From Candidatus Eiseniibacteriota bacterium (lineage in GTDB: Bacteria; Eisenbacteria; RBG-16-71-46), in assembly GCA_963725865.1 (NCBI GenBank), contig CAVSAC010000010.1, forward strand, positions 640,001 to 704,000: a stretch of DNA of 64,000 nt, written 5' to 3'. A program made the translations under genes and the position numbers. Shown here one piece after another: positions 1-9,985 of this stretch; the stretch's first letter is position 1, and the number at the start of each line of letters is the position of its first letter. The notes beneath the pieces were generated by a model. That model was not told the origin of the DNA. It worked only from the letters and a program-made list of their open reading frames with translations, and did no database searches.

Positions 1-174
1 GTCACGCTGCCGGCGCGGCTCCATCCGCGCATGCTGCCCGGCACCGCGTGGATCGCGATGCCGTGCTGGGAGCGCTGCGGCACCAAGCTGGGAGCGCTCG
101 CCTACGATCCGGCGCTGCGCATCCCGGTGTTCCGCCCCCGCGCCGTGCGCATCACCCGTCCCGAGGCCCGCTGA
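1..174 (+). CDS. 3' end (partial) of a molybdopterin-dinucleotide-binding-domain protein, formate dehydrogenase alpha-like
   Basis: Frame 1 reads VTLPARLHPRMLPGTAWIAMPCWE...ALAYDPALRIPVFRPRAVRITRPEAR*, resembling the C-terminal dinucleotide-binding domain of DMSO-reductase-family enzymes. Its TGA (172-174) overlaps the next ATG. Confidence 0.6.
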   Translation, partial: VTLPARLHPRMLPGTAWIAMPCWERCGTKLGALAYDPALRIPVFRPRAVRITRPEAR

Positions 175-1379
175 TGGAAACGTCCACCACGCTCACTCGG
201 CGCTGGCTCACGCGCGACGCCCTCACGATCCTGCTCGAGCGCTGCGCCCGCGAGCACTCGCTGGTGGGGCCGGTCGAGGTGGACGGCGAGGTGATGTTCC
301 TGCCGGTCGACGATCCGGCACGGCTGACGTGGGACTACGTGAACTCGCTGGTCCCGCCCAAGGAGGTGCTGCTCCCGACCCCCGAGCGGCTGGCGAGCTA
401 CCGGATCGAGGATGGTCATCCGGTGGTGGAGTCCGGCGCGGCCACCACGGCGCCGCCGGTGGTGCTGTTCGGGGTGCGTTCGTGCGACGTGGCCGGGTTC
501 GCGTACCTCGAGCGCTTCCTCTCGGGCGCGCCGTTCGGGCGCACCGACACCGCCGACGCCGCGTTCCAGGCCCGTCGCGACGCCACCGTGGTGCTGTCGG
601 TGGTGTGCGAGCGGATCGGCGCCACCTGCATGTGCGTCTGCTGCGAGGGCGGCCCGGCGCTCGAGCGCGGGTTCGACTGGCAGCTCTCGTGCGGTGAGGA
701 CGGCTGGCTGGTCGAGATCGACGGGCCGCGCGGGCACGCGTTCGCCGCGCGCTGCGCCGACCTGCTCGACGAGCCGCCGACGGGCGCGCTGACCGCGCGC
801 GAGGCGCGGGTGCGCGAGACCATCGAGCGCTTCCACGAGACCAGCGACCGCCGCGTGCCCACGATGGCGGCCGCGCGGCTGGTCTCGAGCGGACGGCTGC
901 CGAAGTCGTTCTGGAACGGCGTCGGCGAGCGCTGCTTCGAGTGCGGCGGCTGCGCCTACGTGTGTCCGACCTGTTCGTGCTTCAACGTGGTGGACGTGAA
1001 CCCGCCCGGCGAGGCGGTCGCGGGCGAGCCGCGCGACGGCGCCTTCCCGGTGGTGCCGGGCGGCATCACCGACGCGGTGCTCGACGGCCGTTACGAGCGC
1101 GTGCGCATGCGCGACAACTGCATCCTGCCGGGCTTCGTGCGCGAGGCGGGCGGCGGCTATCCGCGCTGGACCTGCGGCGAGCGCTGCCTGACGCGCTTCT
1201 TCCACAAGCTCTCGTGGCAGTTCCACGCGCGCATGGGGGCGCCCGGCTGCACCGGCTGCGGGCGCTGCATCCAGGTGTGCCTCGGCGAGGAAGGCATGGA
1301 CCGTATCGCCACCCGCATGACCGACGCGCTGCGGGCGGCCGGGCGCGCGCACGCGGCGCCGCCGAGGGGCCCGGCATGA
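174..1379 (+). CDS. 4Fe-4S dicluster protein, AsrA / sulfhydrogenase beta-subunit-like
   Basis: LFGVRSCD, CFECGGCAYVCPTCSC, RFFHKL and CTGCGRCIQVC motifs. Start at 174 coupled by TGATG overlap. Confidence 0.85.
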   Translation: METSTTLTRRWLTRDALTILLERCAREHSLVGPVEVDGEVMFLPVDDPARLTWDYVNSLVPPKEVLLPTPERLASYRIEDGHPVVESGAATTAPPVVLFGVRSCDVAGFAYLERFLSGAPFGRTDTADAAFQARRDATVVLSVVCERIGATCMCVCCEGGPALERGFDWQLSCGEDGWLVEIDGPRGHAFAARCADLLDEPPTGALTAREARVRETIERFHETSDRRVPTMAAARLVSSGRLPKSFWNGVGERCFECGGCAYVCPTCSCFNVVDVNPPGEAVAGEPRDGAFPVVPGGITDAVLDGRYERVRMRDNCILPGFVREAGGGYPRWTCGERCLTRFFHKLSWQFHARMGAPGCTGCGRCIQVCLGEEGMDRIATRMTDALRAAGRAHAAPPRGPA

Positions 1380-2299
1380 GCCACTCCCCCGATCGCCGGC
1401 TGGCCCCGGGCGCGCCCGCGGCGACGGCCCCGCGCGAGCGCGTCGCCGCGGACATCTGGCGGCCCGAGCCGGTGCGGGTGCGCGAGACGCGCACCGAGAT
1501 CGCCGGGCGGCCCGGCGCCCGCCCGGTGGTCACGCTGAGCGTCGAGCGCGGCGAGCGCGCGTGGCGGCCGGGACAGTTCTTCGAGCTCGGGGTGTTCGCG
1601 GGCGGCGAGGTGCCGATCTCGATCTCGAGCCCCTCGGGACTCGACGACACGCTGCTGTTCACGGTGCGCGCGGCCGGCGTGGCCACCACGCTGCTCACGC
1701 GCATGCGCCCCGGCGACACGGTCAGCCTGCGCGGGCCGTTCGGCAACGGCTTCGACCTGGCGGGCTGCGAGGGCCAGGACCTGCTGTTCGTGGCCGGCGG
1801 CATCGGACTGGCGCCGTTGCGCGGCCTGCTGTGGGAGGTGCTGCTGCAGCGCGAGCGCTTCGGCCGCATCGTGGTGCTGCACGGCGCGCGCACCCCGCAG
1901 GACCTGCTCTATCCCTGGCAGTGGGAGTCGTGGCAGCAGCAGGGCGTGGACCTGCGGCTGGCGGTGGACCGCGGCGACGGCGCCTGGGAGAAGGCCGACG
2001 ATCCGCCGCGCGTGGTCGGCTTCCTGACCACGCTGTTCTCCCGCATCGGGCTCGATCCGGCGCGCACGGTGGCGTTCCTGTGCGGCCCGCCGGTCATGAT
2101 CCGGGTGTCGTGCGAGGAGCTGCAGCGCGCGGCGGGCTTCAAGCCCGAGCGGCTGATCGCCACGCTCGAGCGCCACATGAAGTGCGGCGTCGGCAAATGC
2201 GGCCACTGCATCGTGGTCGATCGCTACGTGTGCATGGACGGGCCGGTGTTCCGCTACGACGAGCTCATCGCGATGGCGCGCATCGAACCGCCCTGGTAG
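1376..2299 (+). CDS. FAD/NAD(P)-binding oxidoreductase with [2Fe-2S], AsrB / sulfhydrogenase gamma-subunit-like
   Basis: PGQF, GEVPISISS, RGPFGNGF, AGGIGLAP, CGPPVM, ERHMKCGVGKCGHC...CMDGPVF. ATGA overlap with the upstream gene. Confidence 0.9.
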   Translation: MSHSPDRRLAPGAPAATAPRERVAADIWRPEPVRVRETRTEIAGRPGARPVVTLSVERGERAWRPGQFFELGVFAGGEVPISISSPSGLDDTLLFTVRAAGVATTLLTRMRPGDTVSLRGPFGNGFDLAGCEGQDLLFVAGGIGLAPLRGLLWEVLLQRERFGRIVVLHGARTPQDLLYPWQWESWQQQGVDLRLAVDRGDGAWEKADDPPRVVGFLTTLFSRIGLDPARTVAFLCGPPVMIRVSCEELQRAAGFKPERLIATLERHMKCGVGKCGHCIVVDRYVCMDGPVFRYDELIAMARIEPPW

Positions 2300-2307
2300 G
2301 AGCGAAC

Positions 2308-2796
2308 GTGGACTGCTTCGCCGAACGACTGGAGAGCTGGATCCGCGGGCGTCGCGTGGTGGTCGTGGGCGTGGGGCAGGACCTGCGGGGCGACGACGGT
2401 GCGGGTCCGTGGATCGCGCGCTACCTGCTCCGCCACGGGCACACGTGGGTGTTCGACGCGGGCACGGTGCCCGAGAACTTCCTGGGCCCGCTGCTGGCGG
2501 GGGCGCCCGACGCGGTGCTGTTCGTGGACGCCGCCGACTGGGGCGGCGAGCCGGGAGCGCCCTGCCTGGAGCCGGCGAGCGCGTTGCTGGAGCGCTGCAC
2601 CTCGACGCACGCGCTCTCGCTCGCGCTGCTGGCGCGTGCGCTCGGCGCCCACGGGATCGCCTGCTGGCTGCTCGGCATCCAGCCGCTGCAGCGCGAGCTC
2701 GGCGCGCCGCTGTCGCCGGCGGTCGCGGACGCCATCCACGTGATCGCGCCGGCGCTCCACGCGTGCCTCGACCTGTCCGAGGCCTCCCATGCCTGA
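2308..2796 (+). CDS. hycI: Hydrogenase maturation protease, HycI-like
   Basis: VVVGVGQDLRGDDGAG, DAGTVPENF, VDAADWG, STHALSL, LGIQP. GGAG RBS before GTG 2308. Confidence 0.88.
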   Translation: MDCFAERLESWIRGRRVVVVGVGQDLRGDDGAGPWIARYLLRHGHTWVFDAGTVPENFLGPLLAGAPDAVLFVDAADWGGEPGAPCLEPASALLERCTSTHALSLALLARALGAHGIACWLLGIQPLQRELGAPLSPAVADAIHVIAPALHACLDLSEASHA

Positions 2797-4372
2797 CCTG
2801 GCGCCCGGCTTCGCGCTGCTGCTCGGGCTGCCGCTCGCGGGCGCGCTGCTGGCGGGCGTGCTGCGCGGGCGCGCCTCGGACGCCGCCGCGCTGCTGGCCG
2901 CGCTCGCGACCACCGTGGTCGCCACGGTGCTGGTGGCGCGCCACGGCCTGGCGGGCGTGGTGGTCCCACTCGGCGGGCTGGCCGCGGTGGACCGGCTGGT
3001 CGGGCACCCGGTGGTGCTGTTCGGCTTCGCGCTCGATCCGCTGTCGGGAATCGTGCTGCTGGGCGCGGTCGGGATCGGGCTGGTGTGCGCGCTGTACTCG
3101 CTCGGCTACATCTCGCCGCGCAACCGCGAGACGCCCGCGAGCGAGGATCGCCGCGGCTACTGGTTCTGGCTGCTGCTGTTCGTGATGGCGATGTCGGGCC
3201 TGGTGACCTCGGCCACCTTGATCCAGACCTTCGTGTTCTGGGAGATCACCACGGTGTGCTCGTGGGCGCTGATCGGCTTCTACGAGGACGAGCCGGGCGC
3301 CCTCGGGGCCGCGCGCAAGGCGTTCCTCATGACGGCCGGCGGCGGGCTGGCGCTGTTCGCGGCCGCGCTCACCACGCTGGCGCTCACCGGCTCCGCCGGC
3401 TTCGACGCGTTCGGCACCCTGCCCGGTGGAATCCGCGGCGGCACCGCGGTCGCGCTGCTGACACTCGCGTGCGTGGGCGCGTGGGCCAAGTCGGCGCAGG
3501 TGCCGTTCCACACCTGGCTGCCGTCCGCGATGGTCGCGCCGAGCCCGGTGAGCGCGTATCTGCACGCGGCCTCGATGGTGAACGCCGGCGTCTACCTGGT
3601 CCTGCGGCTGGCGCTCGCGAACACGCCGGCGCCCTCGCCGCTCGCGGACGCCCCCCCGCTGATCGGGCCGTCCGGCCTATCGGCGCTGATCCTGCCGCCG
3701 GTCGCGTCCGGGCCGTCTCCAGCGTTGGCGGGCTGGGTGGGGGCGCTGGCGGTGATCACGATCGTGGTCTCGGTCGCGCAGTTCTTCTACCAGGACGACC
3801 TCAAGAAGCTGCTCGCGCTCTCCACCACCAGCCACCTCGCCCTGATCCTGCTCGGCGCGGCACTCGCGCTGGCGGGCTCGGTACGGGCGGCGCAGGGCGC
3901 GGCGCTGCACGTGCTCGCGCACGGCGTCGGCAAGGCGCTGCTGTTCCTGTCGGTCGGCACGCTCTCGTACGCCGCCGGCACGCGCCACATCCGCGACCTG
4001 TCGGGCGTCCTCACGCGCGCGCCGGTGGTGTCGGTGGCGTTCCTGGTCGGCGTGCTGACGGTCACCGGCATCCCGCCGTTCGCGGGCTTCTGGAGCAAGC
4101 TGCTGATGGTGTCGGGCGCACTCTCGCTGGGCGGCTGGGGCGTGGCGGCCGCGGCGCTGATCGTGCTCGAGGGCGCGCTGGCGTTCGCGTGGATGCTGTG
4201 GGTGGGCCAGCGCGTGTTCCTGGGCGCGCCGTCCGCGGCGGTGGTGGCGATGGGACCGCGCGACGCCGCGATGGAGGCCGCGCTCGTGGTGCTGATGGTG
4301 CTGTGCCTGGCGATCACGGTGGTGGCGCTGCCGCTGGCGCAGGCGGTCCGCTTCGGACCGATCGGAGGATGA
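2789..4372 (+). CDS. Antiporter-like membrane subunit (HyfD/NuoL family)
   Basis: Polytopic; FVFWEITTVCSWALI, AKSAQVPFHTWLPSAMVAPSPVSAYLHAASMV, GIPPFAGFWSK. Confidence 0.88.
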   Translation: MPDLAPGFALLLGLPLAGALLAGVLRGRASDAAALLAALATTVVATVLVARHGLAGVVVPLGGLAAVDRLVGHPVVLFGFALDPLSGIVLLGAVGIGLVCALYSLGYISPRNRETPASEDRRGYWFWLLLFVMAMSGLVTSATLIQTFVFWEITTVCSWALIGFYEDEPGALGAARKAFLMTAGGGLALFAAALTTLALTGSAGFDAFGTLPGGIRGGTAVALLTLACVGAWAKSAQVPFHTWLPSAMVAPSPVSAYLHAASMVNAGVYLVLRLALANTPAPSPLADAPPLIGPSGLSALILPPVASGPSPALAGWVGALAVITIVVSVAQFFYQDDLKKLLALSTTSHLALILLGAALALAGSVRAAQGAALHVLAHGVGKALLFLSVGTLSYAAGTRHIRDLSGVLTRAPVVSVAFLVGVLTVTGIPPFAGFWSKLLMVSGALSLGGWGVAAAALIVLEGALAFAWMLWVGQRVFLGAPSAAVVAMGPRDAAMEAALVVLMVLCLAITVVALPLAQAVRFGPIGG

Positions 4373-4376
4373 GCGC

Positions 4377-6183
4377 ATGATCGCGGGCCTGCTCGAGCGG
4401 ATGCTGCCCCACCTGGCGCTGCGGCTGGACGGCGTGGCGTGGCTGTTCCTGGCGCCGATGGTGCTGGTGAGCGCGGCGGCCGCGCTGTTCGCGCCGCGCT
4501 ACCTCGAGCAGGCGTGCTACCGCCAGGAGAACCGCGTGCGCTTCTGGCTGCCCTACATCCTGTTCGTGATCGCGATGGCGGCGGTGCTGTTGGCGGCCGA
4601 CCTGGTGGCGTTCCTGGTCGCCTGGGAGGTGATGACGCTCGCCTCCTACGCGCTGGTGGCCTACGAGAGCCGCCACCCCGAGAGCCTCAAGGCGGCGTTC
4701 AAGTACGTGGTGATGACCCACGTCGGCGCGGCGGGCATCCTGTTCGCGATCCTGGCGCTCGGAGCGCTCGGCGGCTCGCTCGCGTTCGACCAGCTGCCCG
4801 CGATGTTCGCCCACCTCGCCGCGACGCGACCGGCGTGGCTGCACATCATCCTCGCGCTGCTGTTCGTGGGCTTCGCCACCAAGGCCGGGTTGTGGCCGTT
4901 CGGCGACTGGCTGCCCGACGCGCACCCGGTCGCGCCCGCGCCGGTCTCGGCGGTGCTGTCGGGCGTGATGGTGAAGCTCGGGCTGTACGGACTGCTGCGG
5001 GTGTTCGTGGGCGCGCTCGCGATCGCGGCGCCGGCCGAGGCCGCGGCGTGGGGCTGGGCGCTGGTGGCGTTCGGGCTCGCCTCGGCGCTCGCCGGCGGCT
5101 TCGCGGCCTGCGCGGCGATGGACGCCAAGGTGCTGCTCGCGTACTCGACCGTCGCGCAGAGCGGCATCATCACGCTCGGCTTCGGGGCCGCGCTGGTCCT
5201 GGCGCCCGCGCATCCGATGCTCGCGGGGCTCGCGCTGCTGGGCGCGATGTTCCACGTCGTCGGCGACGCGCTCGTGAAGGCGCTGCTGTTCCTCTCGGTC
5301 GGCGCGCTGCAGTGGCGAGTCGGCAGCCGGCGACTGGAGGATCTCGGCGGGCTGTTCGAGGGCATGCCGGTCACCGGCACTCTGGCGCTGCTGGGATCGC
5401 TCGCGATCGCGGGGTTCCCGCCCCTGCCGGCGTTCGTCGCCAAGTGGCTCGTGCTGCAGGCCACCGTGCTCTCGCGCGAGCCGGCGCTGACGGTCGCCGG
5501 GCTCGGGCTGCTGATCGCGAGCCTCGCGTCGGTGCTGTACGCGGTGAAGCTGTTCGCGTCCGCGTTCGCGAACCGGCCGATGCGGCCGGGGGCACTCGAG
5601 GTGCCGATCGCGATGCGCATCGCTCCATTCGCGCTCGCGGTGCCGCTGGTCGCGTTCGGCCTGTTGCCCGGGCCGCTGCTCGGACTGATCGCGGGCGCGC
5701 TGCGCGGGCTGCCGGCGCTCGCCGGCGCGACGCCGGCCGACTGGAGCACGCTCGCGCTGGGGCCCGCCACCGGAGCGTTCGCCCCGCTCGCGCTGCTGGG
5801 GCTGGCGGCGTGGAGCATGATGATGGTGCGCGGCGCGCTCGGCACTCCCGCGGTACCCGTCGCCGACGTCGTGTGGAGCGGCGGCGTGCCCGACCGGCCC
5901 GGCCAGCCGCCCGTGCATCCGCTCGGGTTCTACTCGCCGCTGCGCGAGTCGATGCGGCGCGCGTGGCCGGTGCTTCCACGCGCCCCACGTCACGCGGCCC
6001 GCGTGGCTGCCGGCGGCGTTCGATCCCGACCGCTGGCTCTACCAGCCGGCGGTCGCCGTCGGCCGCCGCGTCACCGATGCCCTGCGCCACGCGCACACCG
6101 GCGTCCCCCACGTCTACCTCGCCTGGCAGCTGGCGGGCGCGCTCGCGCTCGTGCTGCTGATGCTGCTCCTGCTGGCGCGCTGA
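4377..6183 (+). CDS. Antiporter-like membrane subunit (HyfB/HycC family); apparent +1 frameshift near 5975
   Basis: AWEVMTLASY, TKAGLWPFGDWLPDAHPVAPAPVSAVLSGVMVK, GFPPLPAFVAKW. A family-typical C-terminus (…DRWLYQP…LRHAHTGVPHVYLAWQLAG…LLAR*) lies in frame 1 and ends at 6183. Confidence 0.82.
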
Positions 6184-6193
6184 GGATCCTCCC

Positions 6194-7936
6194 ATGGCCA
6201 CCCTGATCGCCCCCGACTCCGCGCAGACCCGGACCTTCAGCGAGCACGTGCGCGCGACGCTCGGCCGGCTCGCGTACCAGACGGTCACGCCGCAGCCCGA
6301 GCGGCTGTGGCTCGCGGTGGAGCCCGCCACCGTGCGCGCGGCGATGCGGGTGCTGGTGCAGGAGCTGGGCGCGCGCTACGTGATCAGCGTGGGCGCCGAC
6401 CGGCGGGCGGCGGGCGACGGCTTCGAGGTGATGCACCACGTCGCGTTCGACGCCGAGCACCTGCGCGTGGTGCTGCGGGTGCCGCTGGCGGCCGAGTCGC
6501 CGACCGTGCCGAGCATCACCCCGCTGATCCCGGGCGCCTCGTGGGCCGAGCTGGAGATGCGCGACATGCTCGGCATCGAGTCCGCCGGCCATCCCGAGCC
6601 GCGCCCGCTGATGCTGCCCGACGACTTCCCGCTCGACGTCCATCCGCTGCGCAAGGACGTGCCGTACAACTTCCAGCCGCCGGCGGCCGAGCCGCGCCCC
6701 TACCCCTACAAGACCCCGCCGCCGGGCAGCACGGTGGTGCAGCTGGGGCCGTTCTTCCCGGTGCTCGAGGAGCCCAGCCAGTGGCGCCTGTTCGTCGACG
6801 GCGAGCGCGTGGTGGGCGCCGACTACCGCGGCTTCTACTGCCACCGCGGGATCGAGAAGCTGGCCGACCAGGTGCTCACCTACAACGAGGTGGTCTCGCT
6901 GGCGGAGCGCATCTGCGGGATCTGCGGGTGCGTGCACTCCTGCTCGTACTGCCAGTCGGTCGAGGAGGCGGTCGGACTCGAGGTGCCGCTGCGCGCGCGG
7001 GTGATCCGCACGGTGGCGCTCGAGCTCGAGCGGGTGCAGAGCCACCTGCTGTGGCTCGGGCTCGCCTGCCACATCGTGGGGTTCGACTGGGGCTTCATGC
7101 AGGCGTGGCGCGTCCGCGAGCCGCTGATGGCGCTCGCCGAGCACCTCACCGGCAGCCGCAAGCACTTCGGCGTGAACCTCGTGGGCGGCGTGCGCTGGGA
7201 CATCGCGCGCGAGCGGCAGCCGCGCGTGTACGACGCGCTGGCCGAGGTCGAGCGCGAGGCGCTGGCGCTGGTGAACGCGCTGCAGGCCGACGACGCGCTG
7301 CTCGCGCGGCTGCGCGGCGTCGGGGTGCTGACGCCCGCCGAGGTGCGCGCGATGGGCGTGGTGGGCCCGCCGGCGCGCGCGAGCGGGGTCGCGATCGACG
7401 CGCGCCGCGACCATCCGTACGCGGCGTACCCGCTGATGCGCTTCGACGTGGTCGTGCAGGACGGCTGCGACGTGCTCGCGCGCACGCTGGTGCGGGCGCT
7501 CGAGATCTTCGAGTCGGTCAAGATCCTGCGCCAGTGCCTGGCGCTGCTGAGCGACCTGCCGGAGGGCGACCTGCTGGCGCAGGTGCCACCCACGTTGCCG
7601 GCCGATCGCGAGGGGCTCGGCGCGGTCGAGGCGCCGCGCGGCGAGGTGTTCCACTACGTGCGCACCGGCGCGCGCAACGGTCCCGAGCGCTGGCGGGTGC
7701 GCGCGCCCTCCTACCAGAACCTGCAGGCGGTGCCGCTGATGTTCAAGCCCGGAACGACGATCGCCGACGTGCCGATCGCGCTCGGCAGCGCGGACCCGTG
7801 CTTCTCGTGCACCGAGCGCATGGAGATCGTGGCCGGCGACGGCGCGCGGCGGCGGCTGCGCGAGTCGGAGTGGATCGCGCTCAGCCGCGACGACATGGCG
7901 CGGCGGCGCGCGGCGCGTGCGGAGGGCCCGTGCTGA
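6194..7936 (+). CDS. Group 4 [NiFe]-hydrogenase large subunit (NuoC-NuoD fused, HycE/HyfG-like)
   Basis: Ni-binding L1 ERICGICGCVH and L2 DPCFSCTER, followed by a cleavable C-terminal extension. Also HRGIEK, EAPRGE and N-terminal NuoC-like HPLRKD. Confidence 0.95.
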   Translation: MATLIAPDSAQTRTFSEHVRATLGRLAYQTVTPQPERLWLAVEPATVRAAMRVLVQELGARYVISVGADRRAAGDGFEVMHHVAFDAEHLRVVLRVPLAAESPTVPSITPLIPGASWAELEMRDMLGIESAGHPEPRPLMLPDDFPLDVHPLRKDVPYNFQPPAAEPRPYPYKTPPPGSTVVQLGPFFPVLEEPSQWRLFVDGERVVGADYRGFYCHRGIEKLADQVLTYNEVVSLAERICGICGCVHSCSYCQSVEEAVGLEVPLRARVIRTVALELERVQSHLLWLGLACHIVGFDWGFMQAWRVREPLMALAEHLTGSRKHFGVNLVGGVRWDIARERQPRVYDALAEVEREALALVNALQADDALLARLRGVGVLTPAEVRAMGVVGPPARASGVAIDARRDHPYAAYPLMRFDVVVQDGCDVLARTLVRALEIFESVKILRQCLALLSDLPEGDLLAQVPPTLPADREGLGAVEAPRGEVFHYVRTGARNGPERWRVRAPSYQNLQAVPLMFKPGTTIADVPIALGSADPCFSCTERMEIVAGDGARRRLRESEWIALSRDDMARRRAARAEGPC

Positions 7937-8841
7937 ACGTGGGATGGGGCGCGCTCGCGTGGGCGCTGATCGCCCCGCCGCTGCTGCTGCTCGCGGCGCC
8001 GCTGCTGGACGGCGTGGCGCGCCAGGTGCGCGCGCGCCTCGAGTCGCGCGCCGGCCCGCCGCTGCTGCAGGGCTACGTCGACCTCGCCAAGCTCGCCGGC
8101 AAGCACGAGGTGAGCGCCGGCACCAACCGGCTGGCCGACGGGATGCCGTGGCTGGCGCTCGCCTCGGCGTGCGCCGCCGGCGCGCTGCTGCCGGTGGCCG
8201 GCACCGCGCCACTCGGCTTCGCGGGCGACGCGCTCACGGTGCTCTACCTGCTCGCGCTCTCGAGCGTGGCGCTGGTGCTGGCGGGCAGCGCCACCGGCAG
8301 CCCGTACGGGTTCGTGGGCGGCAGCCGCGAGATGATGCTGCTGCTGTTCGTCGAGCCGGTCGTGGCGGGTGCGCTGTTCGTGCTGGGGCTCAAGTCCGGC
8401 ACCTTCCGACTCGACGGCATGGTGGCGTGGCAGGCCACGCACGGGCCCGGCGTGTCGGGCGTGCTGGCCGGCGCCGGCCTGCTGCTGGCGCTGCTCGCCT
8501 ACATGGGGCGGGTGCCGTTCGACCTGGCCGAGGCCGAGCAGGAGCTGACCGGCGGCTCGATGGTGGAGTTCGGCGGCGCGCGGCTGGCGCTGCTGCGCTG
8601 GACGCTGTTCGTGCGCGGCCTGGTGGTGGCGTGGCTCGCCGCCGAGCTGTTCCTGCCCACGCGGTTGCCCTTCGCGCTCGGGTTGCCGGCCGCGGCGCTC
8701 AAGGCGCTCGCGCTGTTCGTGGTGGCCGCGGCGGCCTCGGCGCTGGTGGCGCGGCTGCGCGTCGACCACGCGCGCGCCTACCTCGCCCAGGTCACGCTGC
8801 TGCTCGGGTTCGCGCTCGTGTTCGCGCTCATCGGGGCCTAG
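7930..8841 (+). CDS. NuoH-like membrane subunit (HycD/HyfC)
   Basis: RAGPPLLQGYVDLAKL, GSPYGFVGGSRE, RVPFDLAEAEQEL. Confidence 0.92.
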   Translation: MLNVGWGALAWALIAPPLLLLAAPLLDGVARQVRARLESRAGPPLLQGYVDLAKLAGKHEVSAGTNRLADGMPWLALASACAAGALLPVAGTAPLGFAGDALTVLYLLALSSVALVLAGSATGSPYGFVGGSREMMLLLFVEPVVAGALFVLGLKSGTFRLDGMVAWQATHGPGVSGVLAGAGLLLALLAYMGRVPFDLAEAEQELTGGSMVEFGGARLALLRWTLFVRGLVVAWLAAELFLPTRLPFALGLPAAALKALALFVVAAAASALVARLRVDHARAYLAQVTLLLGFALVFALIGA

Positions 8842-8849
8842 GAGGACGC

Positions 8850-9332
8850 ATGCTCGCCGCCAAGTGGCGCCAGATCCGGTTCGGACTCGGGCACGCGTCC
8901 GACACGGTCGGCTATCCGCTCGCCCCGCTCGCGCCCGATCCCGCCTACCGCGGGCGCGTCGTGGTGGACACCGACCTGTGCACCGGCTGCGGCGGGTGCG
9001 CCGACGTGTGCCCGGCGCGCTGCATCCTGATCACCGACCTCACCCGCGAGGTGCGCGTCATCCGCCGCCACCTCGACCGCTGCATCGCGTGCGGGCGCTG
9101 CCAGGAGGCGTGCGCCTACGACGCCGTGCGGCTGGAGCCCGAGTGGGAGAACGCCACGCCCGACCGCGCCGACCTGCTGATCGAGCAGCGGCTGTTCATG
9201 GGCGCGTGCGACCGCTGCGGGCGCTGCTTCGTCTCCGCCCACCCGCTCGACCGTCCGCGGATCACCGGGATGCGCTACGACGAGCCCGGGCTGCTCGACC
9301 ACGAGCCGGACGAGCCGGAAGCGACGCCATGA
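8850..9332 (+). CDS. NuoI-like 2x[4Fe-4S] subunit (HycF/HyfH)
   Basis: CTGCGGCADVCP and CIACGRCQEAC, plus CDRCG. GGAGG RBS. Confidence 0.9.
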   Translation: MLAAKWRQIRFGLGHASDTVGYPLAPLAPDPAYRGRVVVDTDLCTGCGGCADVCPARCILITDLTREVRVIRRHLDRCIACGRCQEACAYDAVRLEPEWENATPDRADLLIEQRLFMGACDRCGRCFVSAHPLDRPRITGMRYDEPGLLDHEPDEPEATP

Positions 9333-9985
9333 ACGACCTCGTCCGCACTCTGGCGCTCACGCTGCTGCTGACGTCGTTCTTCGCGGTGGAATCGCGCGGT
9401 TTGAAGCGCGCGCTGGTCGCCTACCTGGCGCAGGCCGCGGTGATGGTCGCCATCATCGCCGCGTTCGCCACCGTGCATCCCGCGCTGTGGGTGTGGGCCG
9501 GCACCGCGCTGGTCACCAAGCTGGGCCTGATCGGGTGGCTGCTGTATCGCGCGGTGCGGGCCGGCGACGGCCGCGAGGTGGAGCCGCTGGTCGGCATCGT
9601 GCCGAGCGCGATGCTGCTGGCGGTGGTCGCGATCAGCGGGTGGACGCTCGTGCACCGCCACGCGTCGTTCCTGGCGCCCACCCCGCTCGCCGAGCAGGAG
9701 CCCTACCGCACGAACGTTGCGGTCGCGCTCACGCTGCTGTTCGTGGGCCTGTACGCGGTGCTCACCCGCCGCGACGCGCTCAAGGTGGTGATCGGCGTGT
9801 GCCTGATGGAGAACGGCGCGCACCTGTCGCTCGTGACGCTCGCGAACGGCATGCGCGAGACGGTGCTGATCGGCGTGGTCACCGACGTGGTGCTCGCCGT
9901 GTTCCTGCTGCTCCACCTGATCGCGGGCATCGAGGCGCGGATCGGCAGCCGCGACACCACCCGCCTGAGGGCGCTCCGATGGTAG
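9329..9985 (+). CDS. HyfE-like membrane subunit
   Basis: Hydrophobic; KVVIGVCLMENGAHLSL motif typical of HyfE. ATGA overlap. Confidence 0.85.
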   Translation: MNDLVRTLALTLLLTSFFAVESRGLKRALVAYLAQAAVMVAIIAAFATVHPALWVWAGTALVTKLGLIGWLLYRAVRAGDGREVEPLVGIVPSAMLLAVVAISGWTLVHRHASFLAPTPLAEQEPYRTNVAVALTLLFVGLYAVLTRRDALKVVIGVCLMENGAHLSLVTLANGMRETVLIGVVTDVVLAVFLLLHLIAGIEARIGSRDTTRLRALRW

